Of a stretch of DNA of 64,000 nt, positions 1-11,440 are shown piece after piece. The notes under the pieces are model-generated. The model was not told the DNA's origin. It worked only from the letters and a program-made list of their open reading frames with translations, and made no database searches. Positions within the stretch are counted from its first letter, which is position 1. Each line of letters opens with the position of its first letter. The translations under genes and the position numbers were made by a program. Source of the stretch: Adineta vaga (Eukaryota > Animalia > Rotifera); assembly GCA_021613535.1 (NCBI GenBank), contig CP075497.1, positions 11,780,001 through 11,844,000 on the forward strand. Direction: 5' to 3'.

Positions 1-410
1 ACCAAATGATTTCCCTATAGATGAAACGGGATCTGTCATTACTATGCAAATAAAAATAGTTTTCATACCAGTGCCCAAAAGTACAGCATCTGTATTCAAT
101 GATTGTTCTATTAATTTTTGAATTTTTGTTGATTGTATTGATGTATCTAACACTACTCTTTTCAATGCGAGATCAATATTGATATTTGCAATATCTAAAA
201 TATATTTTCGTTTTGATGATTATTCATTTAAGATATTATCTACCTTTTTGATCAGCTAATATTTTTTGTAATTGATCAACTTGTTCTTGTCGATTTAAAT
301 CTACCAAGAATTCCAGCTAAAATAATATATCCTTGTTTCATTAATCATCGAAAAAGTACTAGATCAAAATTCGTCACCTTGGTACTAGCTGTTGGTGTTG
401 TTTCCGTCAT
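1..410 (-). CDS. CCS: Copper chaperone for superoxide dismutase, N-terminal exons (runs off the left edge)
   Basis: Manual splicing across three GT-AG introns gives MTETTPTASTK|LEFLVDLNRQEQVDQLQKILADQK|DIANINIDLALKRVVLDTSIQSTKIQKLIEQSLNTDAVLLGT|GKSFG, which aligns by eye with CCS domain I (LEFAVQM...QAVLKGMG). Not in the ORF track. Confidence 0.7.
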
Positions 411-612
411 ATTTTTTCTAAAATAATTCAAGATATAATATTTCTATTAGAAGTAATAAATTCTCTATTCGATATTGACAAATAGAACAACGAGATTATA
501 TGACAGATTAAAGATAGACAAAAAAAAGAGGCATAACTATTGGAGAAAACAAATAAGATATTGATTAGAAGAATAGACACAGAAAAAGAAGAGAAAATAA
601 TCTGAATAAATG

Positions 613-1295
613 TTATTTATTTGTAGGTGAAGTCGACGTTGGCGGTGGTGGTTTTCGTGCTGTACGTTGTTTTTCAAAACGATTTTCCATTTCAATTAAA
701 ACTTGTGGTGAATAACGTACAACTAATTTCACACTGCCTTGTGCTTGTTTAAGTAATTCTACAGCTTTCTCATGATATTCATTCTCAACAGAAACACCAT
801 TGACTGATAATAATTGATCGCCTTTTTTCAGTCCACCATGTTTCCAAGCGACACCGTTTGGAATTATACGTGAAATGTATATAGGAGAGTTTTGTTCCCG
901 TCCGCCCATAACATTAAATCCGAGACCTTCTTGAGTTTTAGGTAATTCAATGACACGTGGATGTGAATGACCTTCACTAGCAGCAAAAGCAGCAACCTAA
1001 ATACAAAACAAAACAAAATATCGAACTAAAGATTGAAATCGTTGAATAAACTAACAGTTGCTTTTGCAGTTGCATTCGCTCGAACTTCTGGTGAACCCGA
1101 GATTTGAACTGTTTCATAAATTTTCTCATAAACTTCCAAAACTGCATGAAAAAAATCACTTTGAAAAATACGTTGTAATTCGAGTAATTTCGCCTCTGGA
1201 ATCTCACTTGTTGTACGTAAGCGATCAAGAAGAACGATCGCTCGTTTAACATCTTCTTCTAAATTAAGTGAAGATTCTCCTGTTGCTGCAGACAT
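613..1295 (-). CDS. LIN7: Lin-7/Veli L27 + PDZ scaffold protein (2 exons: 1056-1295, 613-996)
   Basis: Spliced protein contains ATAKAT|[14 protein letters not shown] and [51 protein letters not shown], diagnostic of LIN7. Confidence 0.97.
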
Positions 1296-1350
1296 TATCT
1301 GAAATAGATAAAGAAAACAAAACAAAATAACCAACCACCAATTAGATTAT

Positions 1351-1713
1351 TTAACCGAATAAAATTAAAAATAAAATTGTTATAATATTAAAAGCAATTA
1401 ATGGAACTAAAAATAAACTCAAATTAACAAATAATTAAAACAAAAATATCATTCTACCTCGCATGACTGTTCGAACAGATCGAATTAGTGTAAATAATTG
1501 GTGTTTCGCTCCTCCGGTATTTTGAAATTCATTCGCATAACCACTCGTATCTTGATAACCCTTTCCGCTCCCTAAACAATCAAAATCGATTTGAGTTTAC
1601 TAAGAAAAAACGTTTCTTTTACATTTTGAAAGAAATCTTTGTTCATTAAGAATTGCCACGGCATTAATACAAAGAATAGCAGCTTCTATTAAACTATACA
1701 AAGTAAATCCCAT
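1351..1713 (-). CDS. IER3IP1: Immediate early response 3-interacting protein 1 (Yos1 family), 3 exons
   Basis: Manual splicing gives MGFTLYSLIEAAILCINAVAILNEQRFLSK|W..HQLFTLIRSVRTVMR|VPLIAFNIITILFLILFG*, matching the IER3IP1/Yos1 signature LIRSVRTVMRVPLI. Missed by the ORF track. Confidence 0.93.
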
Positions 1714-1915
1714 TCTCAATCTAAAAAGAAAAAAGTTAAAAAATGATTTTGTGATTAATTAAATGTCTTTGTTTCTGTAATGTCAATTAAATTAAATATG
1801 AATACAAAATAATAATAAAAACTTTTTCCTTTTAATTTATAACGAACCTAACTAATCATGATAAATATAAAAATCTTAATCGATAACAAAAGAAAAAAAA
1901 AGAACCAAATATTCT

Positions 1916-4900
1916 CTAATGTTTTGCATTCGTTTGTCCATTCACAGTTTTATTTGGATGAAGTGCTTTGCGAATCATTTGTTCATATTTATTCAAATCA
2001 AAATTTCCACTTTCACTTGCAGGAAAACTTCGATGTTTCAATTGTAATAAATGTATATAATCTTGTTCAGTATATTCTGGTCCACGTTCTTCAATCACCG
2101 CAATAATTTCATCTGGTTTTGTTGCATATAATAATTCATAGAAACGATGTGCACGCATCAATTCAGCATCACCAACCGTTCGAATTTGTGTTAATGTTTG
2201 TTCAATAGCAAAAATATTTCGACACATTTTTGTTACACCTGATTCACTTATACGAACGAAACGTGGTGCTGAACGAATTAATATTGTTGCCAGAACAAAA
2301 CCAAGACCTTGGAAAAGAAAGAGAAATTTCTTTTCATTTAACGATGCATGTAATGTTTCTTGTAAACGTGTTAAATCACGATTTAATGTCATGATATTTT
2401 CATCAGGATCCGTATCAAGCACCGATGCATAATGAGAAGCATTACGAAATAATAATGAAAGATGATAGAAACAATGAAGACGTATTTCAAGAAATAAAAC
2501 AAGTAAAATATCGTAAGACAATGTCAATGTCGTTTTCATTGCATTTGAAAAGATTTCCAAATTAACACGAGAGAGTTTTAATTGATCATATTGATGAAGA
2601 TTTTGTTTCAAAGAACGTGAAGAATAACCAGATGTGACTAAAAAAAGAACAAAATTTTAAATTAATCAATCGATTTTTTCTTATAAAATTTAGTAATTCA
2701 TGCATTAGGTTAAATTCTGTTACTATTATAGTCTAAGGAGTAATCGATTAAATTTCTTTCTTTGTCTGAGTATTTCGTCTATCTAGACATTTGTTTACTT
2801 CATTTGAACACTATGTAAACTGCATAGGTCATCGATGTAAAAGGTCAATTGTCACTTGGCAACGAAACTCGATATTGTCTGTATGATTAATTTAGGTTAG
2901 AGAACCTTTCCCAAATGAATTCAAAATTACCTCATAGAATCAAATACTAAAACATTTAGATCAAGACGTGAATTTCTATTCGATGAAAGATAATTACCTG
3001 TGGTTTGTGTAAGAACATCAAGATATTTTGTATCACTCAAACATTTATCTAATATATCAAAATAATACGATAATTTATAATATAACCAATCAAGACTTTC
3101 ATGAATATTTCCTAATAATTTCACATGTTTATAATTCGTACAAATATCATCTAAATTCATTTCATTTTGACTAAAATTTATCAGTAAAGTTTCTGTTTCT
3201 TTTGTTTGACGAAAACGAATATTATCAGCATTATCATCTTGTTGATTTTCATGATTATTATGCAAATGTTGTTGTTTAGCCATTCGAATGAATGTATCAA
3301 ATGCAGGCATTGTACGTAGATGTCGATTGATATCTGTATCTTTAACCCATTCATTCGAATAAATAGATGTACCAGGTGCATCATTTCGTTCAACTATTGA
3401 TAAAAATAATTTATTACAAGATTCTCGATGTTTAAAAAGCAGATCGATAATTGCTTGACAAAAATCATCTGCATAAGGTGGAAGACATTTCACTAGAGCA
3501 CATAATTCTTCACAAGATTTGAATATCAAATATGTTGATTGTAAAATTGGCATAGATAATTGTAATTGTTTTTGTAAAACAACAGGAACTAATTCTGCGA
3601 GACGATTTTGATCAGCAATTGTAGATGAGGAAGACAACTGAGCAGATTCACATATATCTTTGATGACACGACCAATAAATCGATCACGAATAAATTCAGT
3701 TAATTTTCTAGAGAAAAAAAAATTCATATTTGAATATGATTAACATTGATGAAGATGAATCGATCTTGAACGACAAGCAGTATGCAACTAATGTCATTTT
3801 TATGCGTTCTTATTTGACTTTCAATGAAACTTACCTATCAAGAACACGTTTCGTTGGATGTAATTTGAAATTGATATCTATATCTTCAATGATTCTTTGT
3901 AGTATATCATGAACAGCAGTTATATTTCGATAGTTTGGTTTACAAACATATTGTTTATAAGCTGTTGAAACGGCAGTGGACGTTTCTTGTTTCACGGCAA
4001 ATCGATTTTGATCTTGTAAATATGAAGTCATGGAATTGAATTGTGCTGATTGTGAGAATTCGAAAAGATGTGAAATTTGTTGTGAACGTGGTGGAGCTTT
4101 TTTTGTTAAATATTGTGAAAAATCAATGACTGAATGATAATCAGTGCCATTAGAGAGTGAAGATGAATTCATCGCTGATGCATCTAATGTATTATTATAA
4201 TCAATATATTCATTTAAAACTTCACTCAAAACTTGTTGAAGAGTTTCCCAAACAAGTTCAATAGAGAAGAGGTATGGAATTTCAAATTGTATAACATTTG
4301 GTACACTAGAAATGCTTTGCCGTTGTTCATCTTTGAGATCTGAAGAAAATACAATGAAATAAGAAGACTATTACTAAAATAATCGAAATACCTCGCTGGC
4401 TTTCTGCTGTTTGTGTTTGTAGATATTCTTGTTGTTGAATTTGTACAGATGCTTGATGTTCTTGTATTAATTTCAAAACATGAAGAACATATTCTATATT
4501 TTTCACCACGATTTTAAATTGTTCATAACAAGTTTCTAATAAATCTCTCAAACAATCTGGATTATTAACTAAATGATTCTGGTGAGAATTATTTGAATGT
4601 AAAACAAAATTATTATCAACAATATGTTGTGTTGTTCGTAAGACTATGCGATGAAATTGTTCATGTAATTGTTTTTGAACAGAATCAAGTGTTTCATTTA
4701 AACGTGAAAGAATCGACAGAGATTGGAGGATAACATCAAGATATAGATCAGGTGCTTGATGACGAATGTCAACTAACATATATTTGTCAGGTATGATGGC
4801 TAATGAATGAACTTCGAATAACAATTTTCCGGATTCAAATTCTTGATCGAGTTGTTTTCGTAATAAACGATTTTCACGAATACGAGATAAATAATTATGA

Positions 4901-5605
4901 TCATTTTTATTTGATGTTAACGATGAATTGGTTGTTGATGACGATGTGACATTTTTATTTCCAAGAATATCTCGACATGGTTTTTCGAACAATTGATTAA
5001 TCAATTCAGAACGTAATTGAAGTTCGAATGATGAACGTTCATCTTTCAATTGTGTATCAATATCGGCTAAAGCATTGATTAAACGTAATTCTTGATGTTC
5101 TTTGGCTTTGATTAATAATAAAGATGCATGAAGATATAAATGTTTATTTAAATAGAATTGTAAGCGAATAGGTACATGTTTTAATTCATCAATATTTTGA
5201 TAGATTTTCACAAGAGCATTCTGTTCAGAAGATAACAACCATAGTTTTCGTATATCTTGTCGTTTAAGTAATAGTAAATTTTTACATTCACGTAAACGCT
5301 CACGAACATTTTGAACACGATTCTTTGATTGTTCGATGGATGTGTAGATATCGGAAAAGTTTGTTATCAGTTCAGTTAAATCAGTTGAAGAAGATTTGAT
5401 CGAACGGTCAATATTCGTATTCGAGCGTTGAAAACGTTCATTAACAAAACGACGTTGTTGTTCACGAGCCTAGAAATTTATTTTCGAAGAAGAAATATAA
5501 TATGTTGAGAATAATTAAAGTATTGTGCAATACCTCGGTATTTGTATTATAGTTTAGATCACGAATGATTTTCATTAGAATGAAGGTCGTTGATTGACGC
5601 TCCAT
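1916..5605 (-). CDS. EXOC4: Exocyst complex component 4 (Sec8), multi-exon
   Basis: ORFs 4327-5238, 3831-4229, 2927-3727 and 1916-2611 join through short introns. C-terminal LEIRLHCFYHL, FLFQGLG and GVTKMCRNIFAIEQTL motifs match Sec8. ATG at 5605 (MERQSTTFILMKIIRDL). Confidence 0.92.
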
Positions 5606-5880
5606 TTTTGTTCAGATATATTTTACTTCTTAAAAGATGAAATTAATTAAATTTTTTGAAGGAAGAAATACATCTAAAATATAAAATGAAATATATACTT
5701 GTTTGATTTGATGACTGAGTTTTTATCGTTATTCTCTTTTCTGAAAGAAAGGATGATAGCCTCGTTAAAGAGGCTGTTAAAATCGTTAAAGTTTGTTTGT
5801 TTGTCCAAGCCAATCAGGTGAAAGCTGCTTATAAATCAATGAAAACATACCTCGAGTCATCAGACAATAATTACTATCAT

Positions 5881-6290
5881 AGGTAATCGAGGTCGAGGAA
5901 TACGAATCTGCTGTTACTTCCTCAATAATAGTTTTCTCTTAATTACTGTTAATTAATTACTATTTCTTAGTTCTCTAATCCAATCAGATTACAGCAATAC
6001 AAAAATCCATGAAAACTAATCGATAATCATCATGTAAGGGTTGACCAAAGGATAATCGAGGTCGAGGATTTCGAATCTGATGTTAGTTTCATGAAATTCT
6101 AATTAATTAATTACCTAATTACCTAATTAACGAATCATCAACTATGAAACTGTCGAGTAAGGATTGACTGAAGGGTTTTTGTGGACGGAAAGCTCGAATC
6201 TGACGTCGATTTTGCATGATTACTTATTAATTCTATTATATCATATAAAGTTCGACAAAAGGATAATCGAGATCGAGGAACTGGAACCTT
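5881..6290. repeat. Four degenerate direct repeats, consensus about GGATAATCGAGGTCGAGGANTNCGAATCTG; probable TE relic
   Basis: Copies near 5881, 6049, 6172 (most diverged) and 6261. Confidence 0.65.
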
Positions 6291-6597
6291 TATAGTAATA
6301 CAAAGTCAGCGCTTTTTGAAAAGTAGACCAGAGGAAATTCACTTATTCGTTTTGGAAATGAATCAAAAGTAGACAAAACAATGAAGGCGTTCATGTTAGC
6401 GGCTAGTCGTGAGTGGCCGAACGACTAGACGTTGATTTAGAGAGTTATACTTCAGAATATGAATTTGAATGATTTTCACGTGCTCTGGACGTTTCTTCGG
6501 AGGGACTTAGTTGATGATCCACAAGAAAGAATCCGACAAAAATCTGTTTTCTTAGAAAATGAAAAGGAGAATGAAATCTACACTAGAAACGACGCGA

Positions 6598-7459
6598 GGT
6601 ACTAGGTCAATTCGTCGCACGGACTATTCGTCGCAAGCTTATTTTTGTTAATTGATGTACCAACATATGTGATTAAATTAATGAGTAATTATTCCATTTC
6701 CAATGGACTTGTGAGAAACATCATGTCGAATTACGAGAAAATCGACTCATATGGAAAATTATCGGAAACCAAAGTGTCAAAAAATCCAACAAAGATTTCA
6801 GTTCTACGAAAAAATATATCCATCCTATTATGAGACAGTATTTCCATTTGATATCAAAATTGAAGTGTTTTCTTAATATTAATATTGTAAATTAAATAGG
6901 GCTGAACGCAATACTCCAATAAAAATATTCTAGAAGTAGTCTGACTAATTTGATGAGGCTTTCTTTAATAAAAGGTGCTTATCTTTACGTCATAAAACTC
7001 TTACTTTTTTTAGTGAATATCTAAAGACTTTATGAGAAAATTCAGATCACTACTCATCGATGATCGTAATATTAAACAAATATGATCATAGACATATAGT
7101 TGTAAGAGAATTACGACTCCAATGGATACTACTAGTTTTTATCAAAAATACCAAATAATCTATAAGTTTTTTTATATAGTTATTTTAGAAATTTCCATAT
7201 ACGAATCCTCTTGAATAGAAATACTTCATAAACTATTTTCTCAAATCATTGAAGTTTTCTTCTGTTAATCATTGCTACATATTTTTTCCACTAATCTGTT
7301 TCAATTTTCGTAACATAATTACTTGTGTCATATATTTTATAACTTTTATCAAACATTTCTCTCTCTATCTCTTTCTCTACCTGTATGTTACGTTAATCTT
7401 GTTACAATTATTTAATATATTGTGCGACGAATTGTCTTGCGACGAATTGTCCAGTCACC
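6598..7459. mobile_element. Non-autonomous DNA transposon (MITE, possibly Mutator-like) with imperfect TIRs
   Basis: Left end GGTACTAGGTCAATTCGTCGCACGGACTATTCGTCGCAAG; reverse complement of right end GGTGACTGGACAATTCGTCGCAAGACAATTCGTCGCACAA. AT-rich non-coding interior; no TSD seen. Confidence 0.7.
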
Positions 7460-7569
7460 ACAGAACGGACCGTATTACTGCGCCCGATAATACGGTCAGT
7501 GTTACGATCAGTATAGTATCCGTTTTTATATTGTAAAGGCCGTATACGGACCGCATCGTTCGACCTGGG
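7460..7569. mobile_element. Right half of a CCCAGG...CCTGGG short element
   Basis: GC-rich stretch ending TTCGACCTGGG, same type of terminus as the elements at 8927 and 9333. Confidence 0.55.
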
Positions 7570-8926
7570 TAGGTTATCGTTTATTCGATAGAAGCTCATT
7601 AACCTTCGTTGAACTTTGATCAACATTGCGAATGATCGAGGTAATTGAAGTTAGTTCATTTGTTGTTCTATTTCGATCTGGTATTTGAGAAGCTTGCTTG
7701 CATGTTTTTGTTGAGGATGAGATGATTGATGTTAAACGAGTTCGTCGAAGTTTTATTCTAAAATACAGAATAAAAATGATAGAAGTTTGATGAACAATAA
7801 TCGATGTGAATTCATTTGTTGACAAACTGATAGATTACTGCTTGTAAAATGGAATATTTCTTCGATTAATATAAAGGAAAATTCCAAATTATTTTGAAGC
7901 AATGTATAACTATACATTTGCAATTACTATATTATACTGTTGCCAAAAATATCTGTTTGAGAAACTAACGGATACTTTTTCAATCTTGTAATTCGAGAAA
8001 ATAACTAACAGTTACTCTTTACTTAGTGAACTGAGTGAGCCAATTAGGGATCACATTGATTTTATTTTTCTATCACGATTACGACCTTTTTTGTTCGTGA
8101 CGTTCACGCTGACCACTAGACTCAAGAATATTACTCAATGACTAGTCGAAAAGGCAAACTTTTTATAGATATCTCTATACTACATTTAACTTTCTAGTCA
8201 AAATACTCTAGGAAACAAATTTGAGAGAAATTTATCTTTTATTGTTCTCCCGATTTTAGTTGTATACGAAAAATGCAGAAGCTTTTACCCGTTAAAGCAA
8301 TTTAAAATGTTTTTTGAACAGTATGTTCGAAGATTTGTAAGAGTGTCACTCAAAATTCCGTCCGAAAAATTTGAAGAAAAACAATGCTTTATTCATTATA
8401 CTGGAACGTTGGAGTCTTAACGAAATCGAAATATCAAATTTAGTTTGATTTCTGCTGTAAAGTTCCTTCATTCAATCTAACCTAAACAGAAATTGCATTG
8501 CTTTATTCGGATTCCGGTTTTTACTCAATGTTCATTTTTATTCACTTCCTTATACTTTGAAACTTGTAAAGTTACGCAACACACAAAAGTAATATATGTA
8601 TGTAGATCGATATGATATACTACACGATGGACAGTATGAAGCATATCTGAGTATATTCAGGAAAACTAACCAGTTTCATTTCAAACAACATCTACATCTT
8701 TACTTTCTGTATTTACCTTTTATATTTATTGCATCGATCGATTTCACAATTGATGTTAGTATTTCATTAGCCGCTTTTTGTCTACGAAACAAAATGTAAA
8801 GGTATAAGAATCAAACGAAATTAGTAAACAACTGTACTCACAGTTTTGTATTTAATTGACTTTGCAACAATTCATTCACCTGGTATGTATTACTTCCCAA
8901 AGTATTACAAGTTAATTGAATCACTG

Positions 8927-9203
8927 TCTAGGTCAAACAATCCGGTCTGAAACCGTCCAGTTCTAGGACCTTCCGGACATTTCTCAGAAGCAGTATTCCG
9001 ATGACCGAATCCGTTCATCGGATTTACTAAGTTTTATTAGGAATCGACAAGAATCTGCCATAACCGATAGTCGGATACGATCACCGGTTCCCTCAGCAGG
9101 ATTCCAGCACTTTTCCATGGTATCCGACGCGGAAAGCATAGGTATCCTGCAGGTTTTCACCGGAAATAAGTGGAATACTGCTTCGAGGAACCATCGTCCT
9201 GGG
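8927..9203. mobile_element. Short TIR element (MITE), CCCAGG...CCTGGG family
   Basis: Starts TCTAGGTCAAAC (decayed CCCAGGTC) and ends CATCGTCCTGGG; GC-rich relative to its flanks. Confidence 0.6.
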
Positions 9204-9332
9204 TATCACCATATCAATATTTCATGAAAAATAAGTGATTACAAGATGCTATTCATACCTGATAATTAATTAAAATTTCCGGACCAATAAGTAAGACGTA
9301 ATTCATGGAATCCTTGTTTCATCTCATTACCT

Positions 9333-9500
9333 CCCAGGGCGATCATTCCGGTAGTCGGAAACGGCGCCTGAAACGATCGAAAACAGCAATTTACTGCCTT
9401 AGTTTTGACCGTATTTCACCGTAATCAGGCATGTCGCACTACGATCGACGTTTTTCCATCGTTTAAGGCAGTTTACGACGCCGTTTTCTTTGACCTGGGG
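9333..9500. mobile_element. Short TIR element (MITE), CCCAGG...CCTGGG family, apparent 2-bp TSD (CT)
   Basis: ct[CCCAGGGCGATC...TTTGACCTGGGG]ct. Removing it restores the minus-strand exon end CAACAG|GTAATG. Confidence 0.7.
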
Positions 9501-9900
9501 CTGTTGCTTTTCATCTGAAGACAATGAATCGAACTCTGAATTGTGAACTATGTCATTTAACAAACACAAACCATCATTCAATGACTGTATATAAATTTAA
9601 AAAAACAACTAATATTGCTTCAAATTTCCCAATACTTTAATTAACAAATCTTTATCAGATTCATTTGTACGAACCAGGTTTTCCACTTCAACATATTTTA
9701 ATGATACTGCACACAATTTTCTCGAATAGACATCGCAGAATAACAAAGAGTAATCTACAAACAAAATAAAACAAATAATTTCAATTCATCAAACAATACC
9801 TCTTGAAAATATCCTAACGCATATGAAACTATCAAAACATCGAAAAGTTTTTTTTCACTCCATCCAAATATCAAATCATGGCTAAAGTTGTCATCTTCAT

Positions 9901-11440
9901 ATGGTGGAAGACATTTAACTAGAGCACATAATTCTTCACAAGATTTAAATATTAAATATGTTGATTGTAGAATTGACATTGAAAGTTGAAGTTGTTTTTG
10001 TAAAACAACAGGAACTAATTCTGCGAGACGATTTTGATCAGCAATTGTAGATGAGGAAGACAACTGAGCAGATTCACATATATCTTTGATGACACGACCA
10101 ATAAATCGATCGCGAATAAATTCAGTTAATTTTCTAAAGAAAGCAAAAGAAGATGGATGGAGGGATCTCACATAATAAATATATATGCGAATGAGATGTA
10201 TTTTGAACTAATCTATCAAGAATTCGTTTCGTTGGATGTAATTTGAAATTGATATCTATATCTTCGATAATTCTTTATAAGATATCATGAACAGCAGTCG
10301 ATGTTTCTGGTTTAACAGCAAATCGATTTTGATCTTGTAAATATGAAGTCATGGAATTGAATTGTGCGGAATGTGAAAATTCGAAAAGGCGTGGAATTTG
10401 TTGTGAACGTGGTGGAACTTTCTTTGTAAAATATTGTAAAAAATCAATGACTGAATGATAATTATTCGAATTTGATAAAGAAGATGAATTTATTGTTGAT
10501 GTATCTAATGTATTGTTATAATGTGAATACATCGTTGATTTTCTGTTGTTTGTATTTGTAGATATTCTTGTTGTTGAATTTGTACAGATGCTTGATGTTC
10601 TTGAATAAATTTCAAAATATTGAGAACATATTCAATATTCTTGCCGACATTCTTGAAGAATGTGAGACAGAATTATTGTCAACAATATGTTGAGTTGTTC
10701 GTATAACTATGCGATGAAATTGTTCATGTAATTGTTTTCGAACATATTTAAGTGTTTCATTTAAACGTGAAAGAATCGATAAAGATCTGGTGCTTGTGGC
10801 TAATGAATGTAGTTCAAGTGAGAGTTTTTCAGATTGAAATTCCTGATCAATTTGTTTTCGTAATAAACGATTTTCACGAATACGTGATAAATAATTATGA
10901 TCATTTTTATTTGATGTTAACGATGAATTGGTTGTTGATGACGATGTGACATTTTTATTACCAAGAATATTTCGACATGGTTTGTCAAATAATTGAATAA
11001 TAATAAAGATGCATGAAGATATAAATGCTTTTTTTTACATAGAATTGTATGCGAATAGGTACATGTTTTAATTCATCAATATTTCGATAGATTTTCACAA
11101 GAGCATTCTCTTCAGATTCAGAAGATAACAACCATCGTTTTCGTTTATCTTGTCGTTTAAGTAGTAATAAGTTACATTCACGTAATCAGAAAAGTGTGTT
11201 ATCAGTTCAGTTAAATCAGTTGAAGAAGATTTGATCGAACGGTCAATATTTGTATTCGAGCGTTGAAAACGTTCATTAAGAAAACGACGTTGTTGTTCAC
11301 GAGCCTAGAAATTTATTTTCGAAGAAGAAATATAATATGTTGAGAATAATTAAAGTATTGTGCAATACCTCGGTATTTGTATTATAGTTTAGATCACGAA
11401 TGATTTTCATTAGAATGAAGATCGTTGATTGACGCTCCAT
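9901..11440 (-). pseudogene. 5' partial duplicate of EXOC4 with multiple internal deletions; introns retained
   Basis: Collinear with ~3477-5605. Intron 1 is identical (DNA-level copy); many deletions and frameshifts. Confidence 0.9.

Larger units (their letters stand above)
8600..9900 (-). pseudogene. Decayed multi-exon gene of unknown family, fused to the EXOC4 pseudogene and interrupted by two MITEs
   Basis: Exon-like blocks bounded by GT/AG: EDDNFSHDLIFGWSEKKLFDVLIVSYALGYFQE | ITLCYSAMSIREKLCAVSLKYVEVENLVRTNESDKDLLIK | SLNDGLCLLNDIVHNSEFDSLSSDEKQQ, followed by stop-containing exons. Confidence 0.5.

Noticed and set aside
977-1252. Short ORFs overlapping LIN7, and similar shadow ORFs over EXOC4, SHPK, the hydrolase and the smoothelin-like gene
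   Set aside because: Off-frame or antisense shadows with no motif support.
5881-6290. Repeat-spacer pattern resembling a CRISPR array
   Set aside because: Eukaryotic context, degenerate repeats, irregular long spacers, no cas genes.
7574-7825. Orphan terminal exon-like ORF
   Set aside because: No recognisable domain or assignable upstream exons.
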